64,000 bases of DNA. Source: Halobacteriaceae archaeon (lineage in GTDB: Archaea; Halobacteriota; Halobacteria; Halobacteriales; Halobacteriaceae). The position numbers and the translations under genes were made by a program. Below are positions 42,401 through 50,874 of this stretch, in pieces; the first letter of the stretch is position 1; every line of letters begins with the position of its first letter. Below the pieces are notes generated by a model, which was given only the letters and a program-made list of their open reading frames with translations, was not told the DNA's origin and made no database searches. Where the stretch lies: NCBI GenBank assembly GCA_042216675.1, contig JBDGTS010000008.1, positions 96,707 through 160,706 of the forward strand. The letters are read 5' to 3'.

Positions 42401-44232
42401 TTCTGTGACATCGCCATCCCGGCGATGACGTTGCCCGTCTCGTCCCGGACCGGAATCGTGTGGAACCGCCGCACTTCCCCGTCGAACTCCACGATGAAAC
42501 TGTTGCGCTCGCCCTCGATGGCGGCGCGGTACTGGGGCACGAGCGCGTCGGCTATCTCGCCGGGCAGGACGTCGCTGACGCGGCGCCCTTCGAGTCGCTC
42601 CGGCGGCCCCTCGATGCTCTCGGGCACGGTGCCCCCGAACACGCGGTAGGTGAGCGACTCGTCGAACAGGACGACGGCTCCGTTCGGGAAGTTCTCGACC
42701 AGCGTCTCGTACTGGCGCTGGCGCTGTCGGCGCTCGGTCACGTCCCGGAAGTACACCGAGATACCCGTCTCGGAGGGGTACGCCGACACCTCGAACCACC
42801 GGTCCAGCGGCGCGTAGTACTCCTCGAAGGCGACGGCCTCCTGTTCGCTCATCGCGTGGCGGTACTTCGTCTCGAACGTGGTGCCGACGGCCTCGGGGAA
42901 CAGGTCCCAGATTGACTCGCCGAGGGCCTCCTCGGGGTCGATTTCGATGAGGTCGGCCGCCTGCTCGTTGACGTACGTGAACGTCCAGTCGTCGTCGAGC
43001 GCCAAGAAGGCGTCCGAGACGCGGTCCAGCACCTCGTTGAGTTCCGACGTGAGTTCGGTGCGCTCGCGTTCGAGGCGCCGTTCGTACGCGTAGCGCTCGG
43101 TCACGTCCTGTGTCACCTTCGAGTAGCCCACGAGTTCGCCGTCCTCGTCGCGGAGCGCCGTGATGACCACCTTGGCCCGGAACTTGCTCCCGTCGGCGCG
43201 GACGCGCCACCCTTCGTCCTCGGTGCGACCGTGCTCGCGCGCCGCTTCGAGGTTCCGCTCGGGCACCCCCGCCTCGCGGTCGGACTCGGTGTAGAACGTC
43301 GAGAAGTGTTCGCCCAGAATCTCGTCGGCCGCGTACCCCTTGATGTTCCCGGCGCCGGCGTTCCAACTCGCCACGCGGCCGTCGGCGTCCAACCGGAAGA
43401 TGGCGTAGTCCTCGAGGGCGTTCACCAGCCGTCGGAACCGCTCTTTCTCGGCCGCGAGTTCGCGTTCGCGCTCCCTGCGCTCGGTCACGTCGACGGCGCT
43501 CACCACGACGTGGGTCACCGCGTCGCCCTCCCGAATCGGCCGGGCGTGGATGGCGACCCATCGGCGCCCCTCCGGGAGGTCGAACTGAATCTCCTCGCCG
43601 TACACCGGCTCTCCCGTCTCGAACACCTGCACGTACGGGCGCTCCGCGGGCGGGAGCCACTCCCCGTCGGCGTCGTACGCGTCGGCGTCGCCCACCTCGA
43701 ACGCGCCGCCCGTCTCGATGCCGAGTCGCTCCCGGGCGCGCTCGTTCGCCCAGACGCAGTCGCCGTCCCGGTTCAATACGAGCGTGCTCACCGCGCCGGT
43801 GCGCCCGATTTCCGCCGCGAAGGGGGGCGGGCCGCCCGACGCGGCCTCGTCGCTCGCCGTGGCTGACGCCACCCGCTCCGCGATGTCAGTCGCGGGCACC
43901 TCGTCGCCGTCCCACGGCACGTACGCCGTCACGTCGGCGTCGACGGCGGCGGCCGCGAGCGATTCGTCGCCGTCGCGGGCCGCGAGGATCACCGGGAGAG
44001 CAAGGTCGCGGGTCCGAACGTCCCGGAGCAGTCCGAGGCCGTCGCCCTCGTCGAGGCTGTCGCAGGTCACGAGCGCGTCCGCGTCGTCGAGCGCCGCCAG
44101 CGCCGCCCCCGCCGTCGTCACCGGCGTCGCGTCGATGCCGTCTCGCACCGCCGTGAGGCTGTCGGCCACGCGTTCGGCGACCCCGGTCGGCCCGGCACAG
44201 ACGACGCCGACGGGGTCGGTGGCCTCGGTCAT
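39499..44232 (-). CDS. Large cytoplasmic sensor histidine kinase (degenerate REC, multiple PAS/PAC and GAF, HisKA, HATPase)
   Basis: H box RHNLLN, N box ENLLANAVQH, DNGPG, GTGFGL; repeated DVTER PAC ends; no TM segments. Confidence 0.9.
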   Translation of the reverse strand: MTEATDPVGVVCAGPTGVAERVADSLTAVRDGIDATPVTTAGAALAALDDADALVTCDSLDEGDGLGLLRDVRTRDLALPVILAARDGDESLAAAAVDADVTAYVPWDGDEVPATDIAERVASATASDEAASGGPPPFAAEIGRTGAVSTLVLNRDGDCVWANERARERLGIETGGAFEVGDADAYDADGEWLPPAERPYVQVFETGEPVYGEEIQFDLPEGRRWVAIHARPIREGDAVTHVVVSAVDVTERRERERELAAEKERFRRLVNALEDYAIFRLDADGRVASWNAGAGNIKGYAADEILGEHFSTFYTESDREAGVPERNLEAAREHGRTEDEGWRVRADGSKFRAKVVITALRDEDGELVGYSKVTQDVTERYAYERRLERERTELTSELNEVLDRVSDAFLALDDDWTFTYVNEQAADLIEIDPEEALGESIWDLFPEAVGTTFETKYRHAMSEQEAVAFEEYYAPLDRWFEVSAYPSETGISVYFRDVTERRQRQRQYETLVENFPNGAVVLFDESLTYRVFGGTVPESIEGPPERLEGRRVSDVLPGEIADALVPQYRAAIEGERNSFIVEFDGEVRRFHTIPVRDETGNVIAGMAMSQNVTERRERHEELLTRATEQATVADLGRRALDADALDTLLEEAVAAVTETLRADLGAVFGLDDATGEFCLRTGVGWDGVETGTILAGVADSPVGHAARSDDPVVVEDLHREARYAVPDLFADHGVRSGVNVLVGTPEEPWGVLSVFATDPREFSETDVAFLRSVAALIAAAVDRRERERDLERYETLTETTTDGVFMTDGEGRLLIVNDAFASLVGRDREALVGTHIADVMGESIVARARTVESHSTGEEANRLEFELDGPDGERTPIEASFSSLSDERGAVGVLRDVTERKRFERRLRSLHDSSRRLFEATTEAAVSNHIVDALTEVLDLAGVIVYRHEGGELIPAAQSAAADFVPDALPALPVDDSVAGRVFKSGDSELFTAIHEDPDCYVAAADSKMAGAVVVPLGGEGVVVVGSRERDAFDESTRQLVEIVAANATAAYNRVSRERELRDQRQRLAALDDLNSLAQSIAEAVVRQSDRDGIEGLVCERLAGSDSYEFAWIGEPDAADGTVALRQEAGVEGYLDDLTLRLDGEGPTARALATREMQVVQNVDENEAYEEWRDHAAEYGYRSSVAIPILFQDTLYGVLNVYSARRGGFGDAERETLNRLGTIVGHAIRSVERERRLRESEQRYRTLAENFPNGWVMLVGTDERYRTVAGTAFDYIDVDPEAMEGDHVTRAPREADSIREQMVAAFRAALGGRESRMEIEYEERIYDVQTIPIREDGTVTGAMALAVEVTERKRREEELEAERARLEFLNRLIRHNLLNSLNVVDARLELLDGEVPEAVAGHLDTARARTTEMIDLVETIRSLMSSVVGDEDDLEPVDVDRVLAEEVEIAARSYEEAEFDLQTAGGATVLADDLLEEVFENLLANAVQHNDKETPRVRVETAVGDDVVRVRVADNGPGVPAELQDEIFGKGTKSFDSPGTGFGLHLSREIVNTYDGDISVGDATEGGAVFTVTLPRA

Positions 44233-44277
44233 GGCCGGACCCTGCGCCGCGCGACACAAAACCTTGACGCGGGCCTG

Positions 44278-45615
44278 TCAGAGGCCGGACGGATACAGGT
44301 CCGGCACTCGCTCGCCCTCCGGATGCAGTTCGAGTGGATGGAGCGACGTGGTGCGGTCGAGGTGGACGAACGCGTCGTAGCGGTCGGGAAGCGCCGTCGG
44401 GACGTAGTTCCCCGACTCCAGTGCAGGGCGGTAGACGACGCCGATGGCGCGGTGGCCGCGCGGCGCCGCCAGCGCCGCGTCGTCTGGCACGTCGTCGGTG
44501 AACAGCAGGCGGTCCTCGGCCTCGGCGCGATGGAACACGTCCTCGTAGCTCCCATCGCGCGCTTCCGGAACGCGGACGTTCGCCATCGGCGCGCCCCACT
44601 CGTCGCCCGCGACGACTTTGCCGCTGTGGGTGCCGAAGCCGACGACGGCGGTGTCACCGACGGCGTCTTGCTCCCTGACGAGTTGGCCCAGATTCAGCCG
44701 GCCCTGCTGGGGCATGTCCGTCGCTCGGGCGTCCCCGACGTGGGTGTTGTGCGCCCAGACGACTGCCGTCGAGTCCTCGCCGTGGTGGTCCAGCAGTCGC
44801 TTCAGCGTCTCCGCCATGTGCTCGTCGCGGACGTTCCACGAGTCGCCGCGGCCGGTCATCATCGTCCGGTAGTACTCCTCGGCGTTTCGCGCGACGAGGG
44901 CGTTCTGCTCGGCGTTGAACCGGGCGTCCGGGCCGCCCCCGTACTCGGGGGCGCTCCGCCGCAGGTCCTCTAACACCTCGATGACTTCCTCCTCGCAGTC
45001 CTCGGGGACCATCCGCGTCGCGCGGGCGTACTCCTGTGCGTCCTCGCCGTACGGTTCGAAACAGCGGTAGGCCTCACGCGCTTTCTGGGCCGCCGCCGGG
45101 TTCGTCCGGTCGAGGTAGTCCACGACCGCGCTCATCGACTCGTGGAGGCTGTACACGTCGAGACCGTAGAAGCCCGCCCGCTCGTCGGCGTCGAGTTCGC
45201 GGTTGTACGTCTCCAGCCAATCGAGGAGGCCGACCGTCTCCCAGTTCGCCCACATCCACGTCGGCCAGCGCTCGAAGGTGTCCAGCGTCTCGCGGGCGTT
45301 CGGCGGCGTGTCGTCGGCGCCCTTCACGAAGCGGTTCACCTCGTAGCAGGAGGTCCAGTCGCCCTCGACGGCGACGAAGTCGAAGCCGTGGTGCTCGATG
45401 AGTTCGGCGGTGAGGCGGGCGCGCCAGCGGTAGAACTCCGAGGTGCCGTGGGAGGCCTCCCCGAGGAGGACGCAGTCGGCGGCGGAGAGCGTGTCGAGCA
45501 AGTCGTCCACGTCGCGGGGGCCGTCCACCGGGCGGGCGTACTCCCGCACCTCGTCGACGGCGGCGCCCTCCACCTCGCGGCGAGTGAACGACCCGCGGGG
45601 TTCGATGTCCGCCAT
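44278..45615 (-). CDS. Erythromycin esterase family protein
   Basis: LLGEASHGTSEFY, VAVEGDW, RWPTWMWAN, WNVRDEHM, WAHNTHVGDARAT. Confidence 0.9.
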   Translation of the reverse strand: MADIEPRGSFTRREVEGAAVDEVREYARPVDGPRDVDDLLDTLSAADCVLLGEASHGTSEFYRWRARLTAELIEHHGFDFVAVEGDWTSCYEVNRFVKGADDTPPNARETLDTFERWPTWMWANWETVGLLDWLETYNRELDADERAGFYGLDVYSLHESMSAVVDYLDRTNPAAAQKAREAYRCFEPYGEDAQEYARATRMVPEDCEEEVIEVLEDLRRSAPEYGGGPDARFNAEQNALVARNAEEYYRTMMTGRGDSWNVRDEHMAETLKRLLDHHGEDSTAVVWAHNTHVGDARATDMPQQGRLNLGQLVREQDAVGDTAVVGFGTHSGKVVAGDEWGAPMANVRVPEARDGSYEDVFHRAEAEDRLLFTDDVPDDAALAAPRGHRAIGVVYRPALESGNYVPTALPDRYDAFVHLDRTTSLHPLELHPEGERVPDLYPSGL

Positions 45616-46013
45616 CAGTGCTGGTCCTCCTCTACGTCGGCTTCCGGTTCGGGGCTCTCCTCGACGCCCTCGACCTCCTGTTCGGCGAGTTCGCTGAGTT
45701 CTCGCTGGTCGTTGAACTCGCGTTCGTCGTCCGCCTCCCCGGTCAGTTCGTTCAGCACGGCCTCGCGCGCCTCCGTGGGGTCCTCGTAGTAGCGGTCCGA
45801 GAGACGGTCGAACACGTCCCCGAGCCACTCCGTCTCGTTCGGGAGGTCGAGTTCCTGATCGGCGTACTCCGTCGCCAGCTCCTCGCCGCGAATGGGGTAT
45901 TTGTGCGCTTCCTCCAGCATCGACTCCGTCTGGTCGAGAATCGCCCGGACGTGCTCGTCGCGTTCCCGCCGGCTCCGGGTCGCTTCCGTCTGAGGGTCGG
46001 ACTCGTCGCTCAT
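45615..46013 (-). CDS. Acidic haloarchaeal protein (DUF5789-like)
   Basis: HKYPIRGEELATEYADQELDLPNETE pattern; stop overlaps the next start. Confidence 0.7.
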   Translation of the reverse strand: MSDESDPQTEATRSRRERDEHVRAILDQTESMLEEAHKYPIRGEELATEYADQELDLPNETEWLGDVFDRLSDRYYEDPTEAREAVLNELTGEADDEREFNDQRELSELAEQEVEGVEESPEPEADVEEDQH

Positions 46014-46115
46014 GTGTGATTCGGGGGTCGCTGCCCCAAAAGGTCGGGCGCCTACACACGTAGCCACGAGCGACTAAGGGTCGCGTTTTTTGGCTCTTCC
46101 CCTCGTCCCCCCGCC

Positions 46116-47831
46116 GTGCAGAACGAGGACGTGGCCGACCGCCTCGACGAAATCGCGGACCTGCTCGAAACGCAGGACGTGGCGTACAAGCCCCGCGCTT
46201 ACCGCACGGCCGCCCGCAACGTCGAGACGCTCTCCGCGGACGTAGAGGACCTCCACGAGGAGGGGCGTCTGCAAGACATCGACGGCGTCGGCGAGTCCAT
46301 CGCGGAGAAAATCGCTGAGTATCTCGACACGGGGGAACTGGAGTACCTACAGGAACTCCGCGCAGAGGCTGACTTCGACGTGGAAGCGCTCACGGCGGTT
46401 CGCGGCATCGGACCGAAGACGGCGTACAAACTGTACCGCGAGGCCGGCATCGCGGACCTCGACGACCTCGAACGCGCGGCCCGAGCGGGCGACATCCGGA
46501 CGTTGGAGGGCTTCGGGGAGAAGACCGAGCAGAACATCCTCGACCACATCGAACTCGCCCGGCGCGGACAGGAGCGCACCCTACTGGGCAGAGCGGAGAG
46601 CCGCGCCGAGGAGATTCACGACAGACTCGCCGACGCCGACGAGTTCGACCGCGTGCAAATCGTCGGCTCGTTCCGGCGGCGTCGCCCCACCGTCGGCGAC
46701 ATCGACGTGCTGGCCACCGCGCCCGACCCGGCGGCGGCCATGGACCGCTTCACCGGCTTCGAGGCCGTCGAAGACGTGCGCTCGCGGGGCGAGACCAAGT
46801 CGTCCGTCGTCGTCCCCGGCGACTTGCAGGTCGATTTGCGCATCGTCGACCCGGAGTGCTGGGGCGCCGCCCTCGTCTACTTCACGGGGTCGAAAGACCA
46901 CAACATCACGCTTCGGGACCGGGCGCTCGACAGGGACTGGAAACTCAACGAGTACGGGCTCTACGACGTGAGCGGCGTCGAGGACGCCGGTGAACGCGAG
47001 GGCGACCGTATCGCCGGCGACACCGAGGAGGGCGTGTACGACGCGCTGGACTGCGCGTGGATTCCCCCCGAACTCCGCGAGGACACCGGCGAAGTCGAGG
47101 CGGCCGCGAACGACGCCCTTCCGGACCTCGTCACCGCTGACGACGTGCGCGGCGACCTGCAGGTCCACACCGACTACAGCGACGGGTCGAACACCGTCGC
47201 TGAGATGGCCGCCGCGGCCGACGACCGGGGCCACGACTACCTGCTCGTCACCGACCACGGCCCGGCACTGGACGTGACAGGCGGCGTCGACGCCGAGACG
47301 CTCCCCGAACAGGCCGACGAGATAGCCGACGCGAACGACGAATGCGACGTGACGGTGCTCCACGGCGTCGAGGCCAACGTGACCGCGGACGGTCTCGACG
47401 TGTCCCACGAGTGGTGCGAGCGCCTCGACTTCGTCGTCGCCGCGATGCACGAGGCCCCGGAGAACCCCACCGACCGGCTGGTGGGCGCCCTCGAATCTCA
47501 TCCGGTCGACGTGCTAGCGCACCCGCTCAACCGGAAGATCAACGAGCGCGACCCGCTCGACTTCGACCGGGAGCGCCTCGTCGAGACGGCGGCAGAACAG
47601 AACGTGGCGCTGGAAATCAACGCCCAACCGGACCGCCTCGACCTGCCGTGGGCGGCGGTCAAGACGTTCCGCGACGACGTGGACTTCGTCGTCTCCACGG
47701 ACGCACACGGCACGGCTGAACTCGACTTCCTCCACCTCGGCGTCGCGCAGGCCCAGCGCGGCTGGCTGGAACCCGCCGACGTGCTTAACACCCGGTCGCT
47801 GTCCGAGCTTCGGGACGCCCTCGGCGAGTAG
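46116..47831 (+). CDS. polX: DNA polymerase X with PHP domain
   Basis: HhH motifs (GVGESIA, GIGPKTA), GSFRR...GDIDVL, QVDLR, YFTGSK, PHP HTDYSDG, STDAH. Confidence 0.93.
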   Translation: MQNEDVADRLDEIADLLETQDVAYKPRAYRTAARNVETLSADVEDLHEEGRLQDIDGVGESIAEKIAEYLDTGELEYLQELRAEADFDVEALTAVRGIGPKTAYKLYREAGIADLDDLERAARAGDIRTLEGFGEKTEQNILDHIELARRGQERTLLGRAESRAEEIHDRLADADEFDRVQIVGSFRRRRPTVGDIDVLATAPDPAAAMDRFTGFEAVEDVRSRGETKSSVVVPGDLQVDLRIVDPECWGAALVYFTGSKDHNITLRDRALDRDWKLNEYGLYDVSGVEDAGEREGDRIAGDTEEGVYDALDCAWIPPELREDTGEVEAAANDALPDLVTADDVRGDLQVHTDYSDGSNTVAEMAAAADDRGHDYLLVTDHGPALDVTGGVDAETLPEQADEIADANDECDVTVLHGVEANVTADGLDVSHEWCERLDFVVAAMHEAPENPTDRLVGALESHPVDVLAHPLNRKINERDPLDFDRERLVETAAEQNVALEINAQPDRLDLPWAAVKTFRDDVDFVVSTDAHGTAELDFLHLGVAQAQRGWLEPADVLNTRSLSELRDALGE

Positions 47832-48233
47832 TCACCACGGGGTGGCCTCGGCCGACTGTCCGACGAACTCGAAGAGGTCCGCGTAACCGTCGGGGAGTTG
47901 CTCGCGCACCTGGTCCATCTCGCTCCCCTCCGTCGTCTCGGCGACGAGGGCGACGATGGCCTGTGACTGGTAGAGCGCCTCGGCCTCGTCGACGCCGAGT
48001 TCCTCGGCGACGCGGTCGAGAAACTCCTGGAACCCGAACTGTTCCGCCGGTCCGGTGTCCTGCAGGTAGCGGTCGATCTCCATCGGGAGCGACCCCGCGA
48101 GGTCCGAGGCCTCGCCCTCGCCGAGTCGCTCGCCGAGCGTCGTCAACACGACGCGGGTCGCGCGCACTGCTTCTCCTTCGGTGCCCAGTTCGAGTCGGTG
48201 CTGCACTTCCCCGGTGAAATCATCGAATTTCAT
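47832..48233 (-). CDS. DUF2267 family protein
   Basis: AVRATRVVLTTLGERLGEGEASDLAGSLP, QLPDGYADLF. Confidence 0.85.
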   Translation of the reverse strand: MKFDDFTGEVQHRLELGTEGEAVRATRVVLTTLGERLGEGEASDLAGSLPMEIDRYLQDTGPAEQFGFQEFLDRVAEELGVDEAEALYQSQAIVALVAETTEGSEMDQVREQLPDGYADLFEFVGQSAEATPW

Positions 48234-48308
48234 AGTTGTCAGACGCGCCGACTGCGTCACGTGCGTCTCCGCACGGGGCCACAGAGAAAAAGAGGCCAAA
48301 CTGCTTGG

Positions 48309-48932
48309 CTACCGGTCGAGACAGGCCATCGCGGCCTCGTCTGTCACCTGCTCGAACTCGCGATAGAACTGCCCGACGGCGCTGAAGTGTTCCGGCCGCT
48401 CGACGCTGATGACCTCGTCGGCCTCGGATTCGAGTTCCCCGAGCGACTCCGGCGGGCCGACGGGGACGCCCAACACGACGCGCTCGGCGTCTTCCGACCG
48501 CATCTGCCGCAGACAGGCCCGGGCCGTCGAGCCCGTCGCCACGCCGTCGTCCACGACGGCGACGCGCTTGCCGGTCACGTCGAGTTCACCGCGGCCCTCG
48601 CGGTACGTCTCGGCCTTCTCCCGTGCCGTCTCGGCCGCACGCGTCCGCTCTGCTTCGAGGTACTCCTCGTCGACGCCGTGTCGCTCGACGGCCTCCTCGT
48701 CTATCCACGCGGTGCCGTCGCCGGCGACGGCGCCGATGGCGTACTCCGGGTTGCCCGGCAGGCCGAGTTTCTTCGCCGCCACCACGTCGAGCGGTACCTC
48801 GAAGCGGTCAGCGACCGGCCGGGCCACGGGCAGGCCGCCGCGGGGGATGCCGACCACGAGGTCCGGTTCCACGCCGCGCGCCTCGAACTCGTCGGCCAGT
48901 CGCTCGCCGGCCGTCTCCCGGTTCTCGAACAT
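48309..48932 (-). CDS. Phosphoribosyltransferase-family protein (COG1926-like)
   Basis: FENRETAGERLA, IPRGGLPVA, KKLGLPGNPEYAIGAV, VVDDGVATGST, AVGQFYREF. Confidence 0.9.
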   Translation of the reverse strand: MFENRETAGERLADEFEARGVEPDLVVGIPRGGLPVARPVADRFEVPLDVVAAKKLGLPGNPEYAIGAVAGDGTAWIDEEAVERHGVDEEYLEAERTRAAETAREKAETYREGRGELDVTGKRVAVVDDGVATGSTARACLRQMRSEDAERVVLGVPVGPPESLGELESEADEVISVERPEHFSAVGQFYREFEQVTDEAAMACLDR

Positions 48933-48971
48933 CGTTCGGAGAATGCGGACCGGGGCGGAAAAGCGGCGCTC

Positions 48972-49235
48972 CTAACTCTCGTCCTCTCGGAGGGCCGCCA
49001 CGTGTGACTGCAGGCGGGTCAGCGCGTTCGTCCGCGGCGAGGAATCGGCGAGGGCGTCGAGTTCGTCCTCGATGCCCCGCAGGATTTGCTCCCGAGCCTC
49101 GCGACGGGACCGCTGGTACACCTCGATGCGCGTGCGGAGTTCCGCGACGTGGTCGGCGACGCCGGCGACCCCCTGCCGGTCGAGTTCGTCGAGGCAGGCC
49201 AGCGCTCCCTCGACCGGATCCTGTGCCCGTGACAT
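48972..49235 (-). CDS. Small helical hypothetical protein
   Basis: Acidic coiled-coil-like ORF upstream of the PRTase on the same strand. Confidence 0.55.
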   Translation of the reverse strand: MSRAQDPVEGALACLDELDRQGVAGVADHVAELRTRIEVYQRSRREAREQILRGIEDELDALADSSPRTNALTRLQSHVAALREDES

Positions 49236-49272
49236 GCGCTTCGATTCCATCCCGAATCGAATAAATCAGGCG

Positions 49273-49304
49273 CCTAACCGCCTGAGACTGCCTAACTGTC
49301 TAGT
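49273..49304. promoter_or_regulatory. Two CCTA-N6-TAGG-like boxes upstream of the secreted operon
   Basis: CCTAACCGCCTGAG (49273-86) and CCTAACTGTCTAGT (49291-304). Confidence 0.5.
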
Positions 49305-49344
49305 CTGTCTCCTGAACCGTCTCGCGCGACAGACACCGTGTGAT

Positions 49345-49905
49345 ATGGCACGCAAGACGCTCGCACTGGTGGTGGGGCTTCTCGTCCTCGTCTCGACAGT
49401 CGTGTTCGGAGCGAGTGCATTCACGTCGGCGTCAGTCCAGCGTGACGCGTCAGTGAACGTCGTCACCGACGACGCGGGCCTCATCGCGATTCAGGACAAC
49501 ACCTCGGGAACGCTCGTCTCCCAGACGGACACGGGGCTCTCCATCAACCTCGCAAACGAGTCCGCGAGCGGTGTCAACGCGGACGCCACGTTCACGTTCG
49601 GCGACTCCTCGACGCCGCTCGAACAGCACACCTTCAACGTCACGAACAACGCGGGGCAGCCCCTCGCCCTGACCTTCGACTACACGCTGTCGGGGAGCGC
49701 CTCGGACGGCGACTCAGACCCGAACCTCACGTTCGACCTGTACGACGCGTCGGGCAACCACCTCACGACCTTCTCGGAGGAATCGTCCAGCAAAACCGTG
49801 TCGGACGTCGCCGACGGCGAGACGGTGTACGTCGTCGTGACGGTGAACACGAAGGGCCTGACGACGAGCGCTGACCTCTCGGGGACCCTCAGCGTGACCG
49901 TGTAA
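49345..49905 (+). CDS. Secreted DUF1102-like protein, candidate major fibre subunit
   Basis: Signal peptide then ASA|FTSASVQRDASVNVVTDDAGLI; beta-rich, Ser/Thr/Asn-rich; GVNADATFTF. Confidence 0.75.
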   Translation: MARKTLALVVGLLVLVSTVVFGASAFTSASVQRDASVNVVTDDAGLIAIQDNTSGTLVSQTDTGLSINLANESASGVNADATFTFGDSSTPLEQHTFNVTNNAGQPLALTFDYTLSGSASDGDSDPNLTFDLYDASGNHLTTFSEESSSKTVSDVADGETVYVVVTVNTKGLTTSADLSGTLSVTV

Positions 49906-49908
49906 GCG

Positions 49909-50874
49909 ATGCTCCGGAAGGCACTCGTCGCCATCGCTCTCCTGTTCGCCCTCGGGGCGCTCGCCCCCGTCGCCTCGCCCGTCGAGGCGTCGTACGTGCG
50001 CTCCGACAGCATGGCGCCGACCATCGAACAGGGCGACGCGTACCTCCTCGTTCCCGCCGGGGACGTGGAACCCGGCGACGTGGTGACCTTCCGCCTCGAC
50101 GGCACCGACCAGTACGTCACGCATCGCGTCGTCGCGGAGACGCCCGACGGCTTCCGAACCCGGGGCGACGCGAACCCCTCGGCCGATCAGGCCGCGGGCT
50201 ATCCCCCGGTCCCGCGGTCCGCAATCGTCGGTGAGGCGCTGGCTATCGGCGGTCAGGTCGGCGTCGTTCCGTATCTCGGCGCCCTCCTCCGACTCGTCCA
50301 GCGTCACCGCGCGGCGGCGATGCTCGGCGCCGCGGTGCTGTTGCTCTCCCGAGTCACGGGCCGCCGCGACCGACCGGCACGGGAGGCGGTGACGAGCAGA
50401 CGGGCCGCGCGGGTCGCCCTCCTCACGACGCTGGTGCTCGGGGTCGCTCTCGTCGGTCTGACCGCCACGCGCGGCGCGGTCCGCTACCCGGCCGCCGCGG
50501 ACGCGGCCACGCGGACCCACACCGTCGAGACGACGGGGCTCCCCCTCGCGTACGCGCTGGTCGACGTCGACGGCGCGACGGTCCGTGAGCCCACACCCGC
50601 CGGCGAGGGCGTCGTCGTGGCGCCGGGCGGCCGGAGCGACGTGTCGCTGACCGTCGCACCCACCGGGCCGACGACGGTGACGGCGTCCACCTACCCCCGG
50701 ACCCTCCCGCCGCGGCTACTGGCGTGGCTTTACGGAATGTCGCCGTCGCTCGCGGCGTTCGGGTCCGTCGTGGCACCCCTCGTCCCCGTCGCGGGGGTGG
50801 TCCGCCTGCTGACCGATACGACGCCGGTCCGACCGCCGCGCTGGCGCCCTCTCCGCCGATGGGGTGATGGCTGA
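49909..50874 (+). CDS. Signal peptidase I, S26 ER/SipW type, with C-terminal membrane extension
   Basis: VRSDSMAPTI (Ser), VTHRVV (His), TRGDAN...DQ. Confidence 0.88.
   Translation: MLRKALVAIALLFALGALAPVASPVEASYVRSDSMAPTIEQGDAYLLVPAGDVEPGDVVTFRLDGTDQYVTHRVVAETPDGFRTRGDANPSADQAAGYPPVPRSAIVGEALAIGGQVGVVPYLGALLRLVQRHRAAAMLGAAVLLLSRVTGRRDRPAREAVTSRRAARVALLTTLVLGVALVGLTATRGAVRYPAAADAATRTHTVETTGLPLAYALVDVDGATVREPTPAGEGVVVAPGGRSDVSLTVAPTGPTTVTASTYPRTLPPRLLAWLYGMSPSLAAFGSVVAPLVPVAGVVRLLTDTTPVRPPRWRPLRRWGDG

Noticed and set aside
44278-45615. Macrolide resistance gene
   Set aside because: Family name only; many members do not hydrolyse macrolides and there is no resistance context
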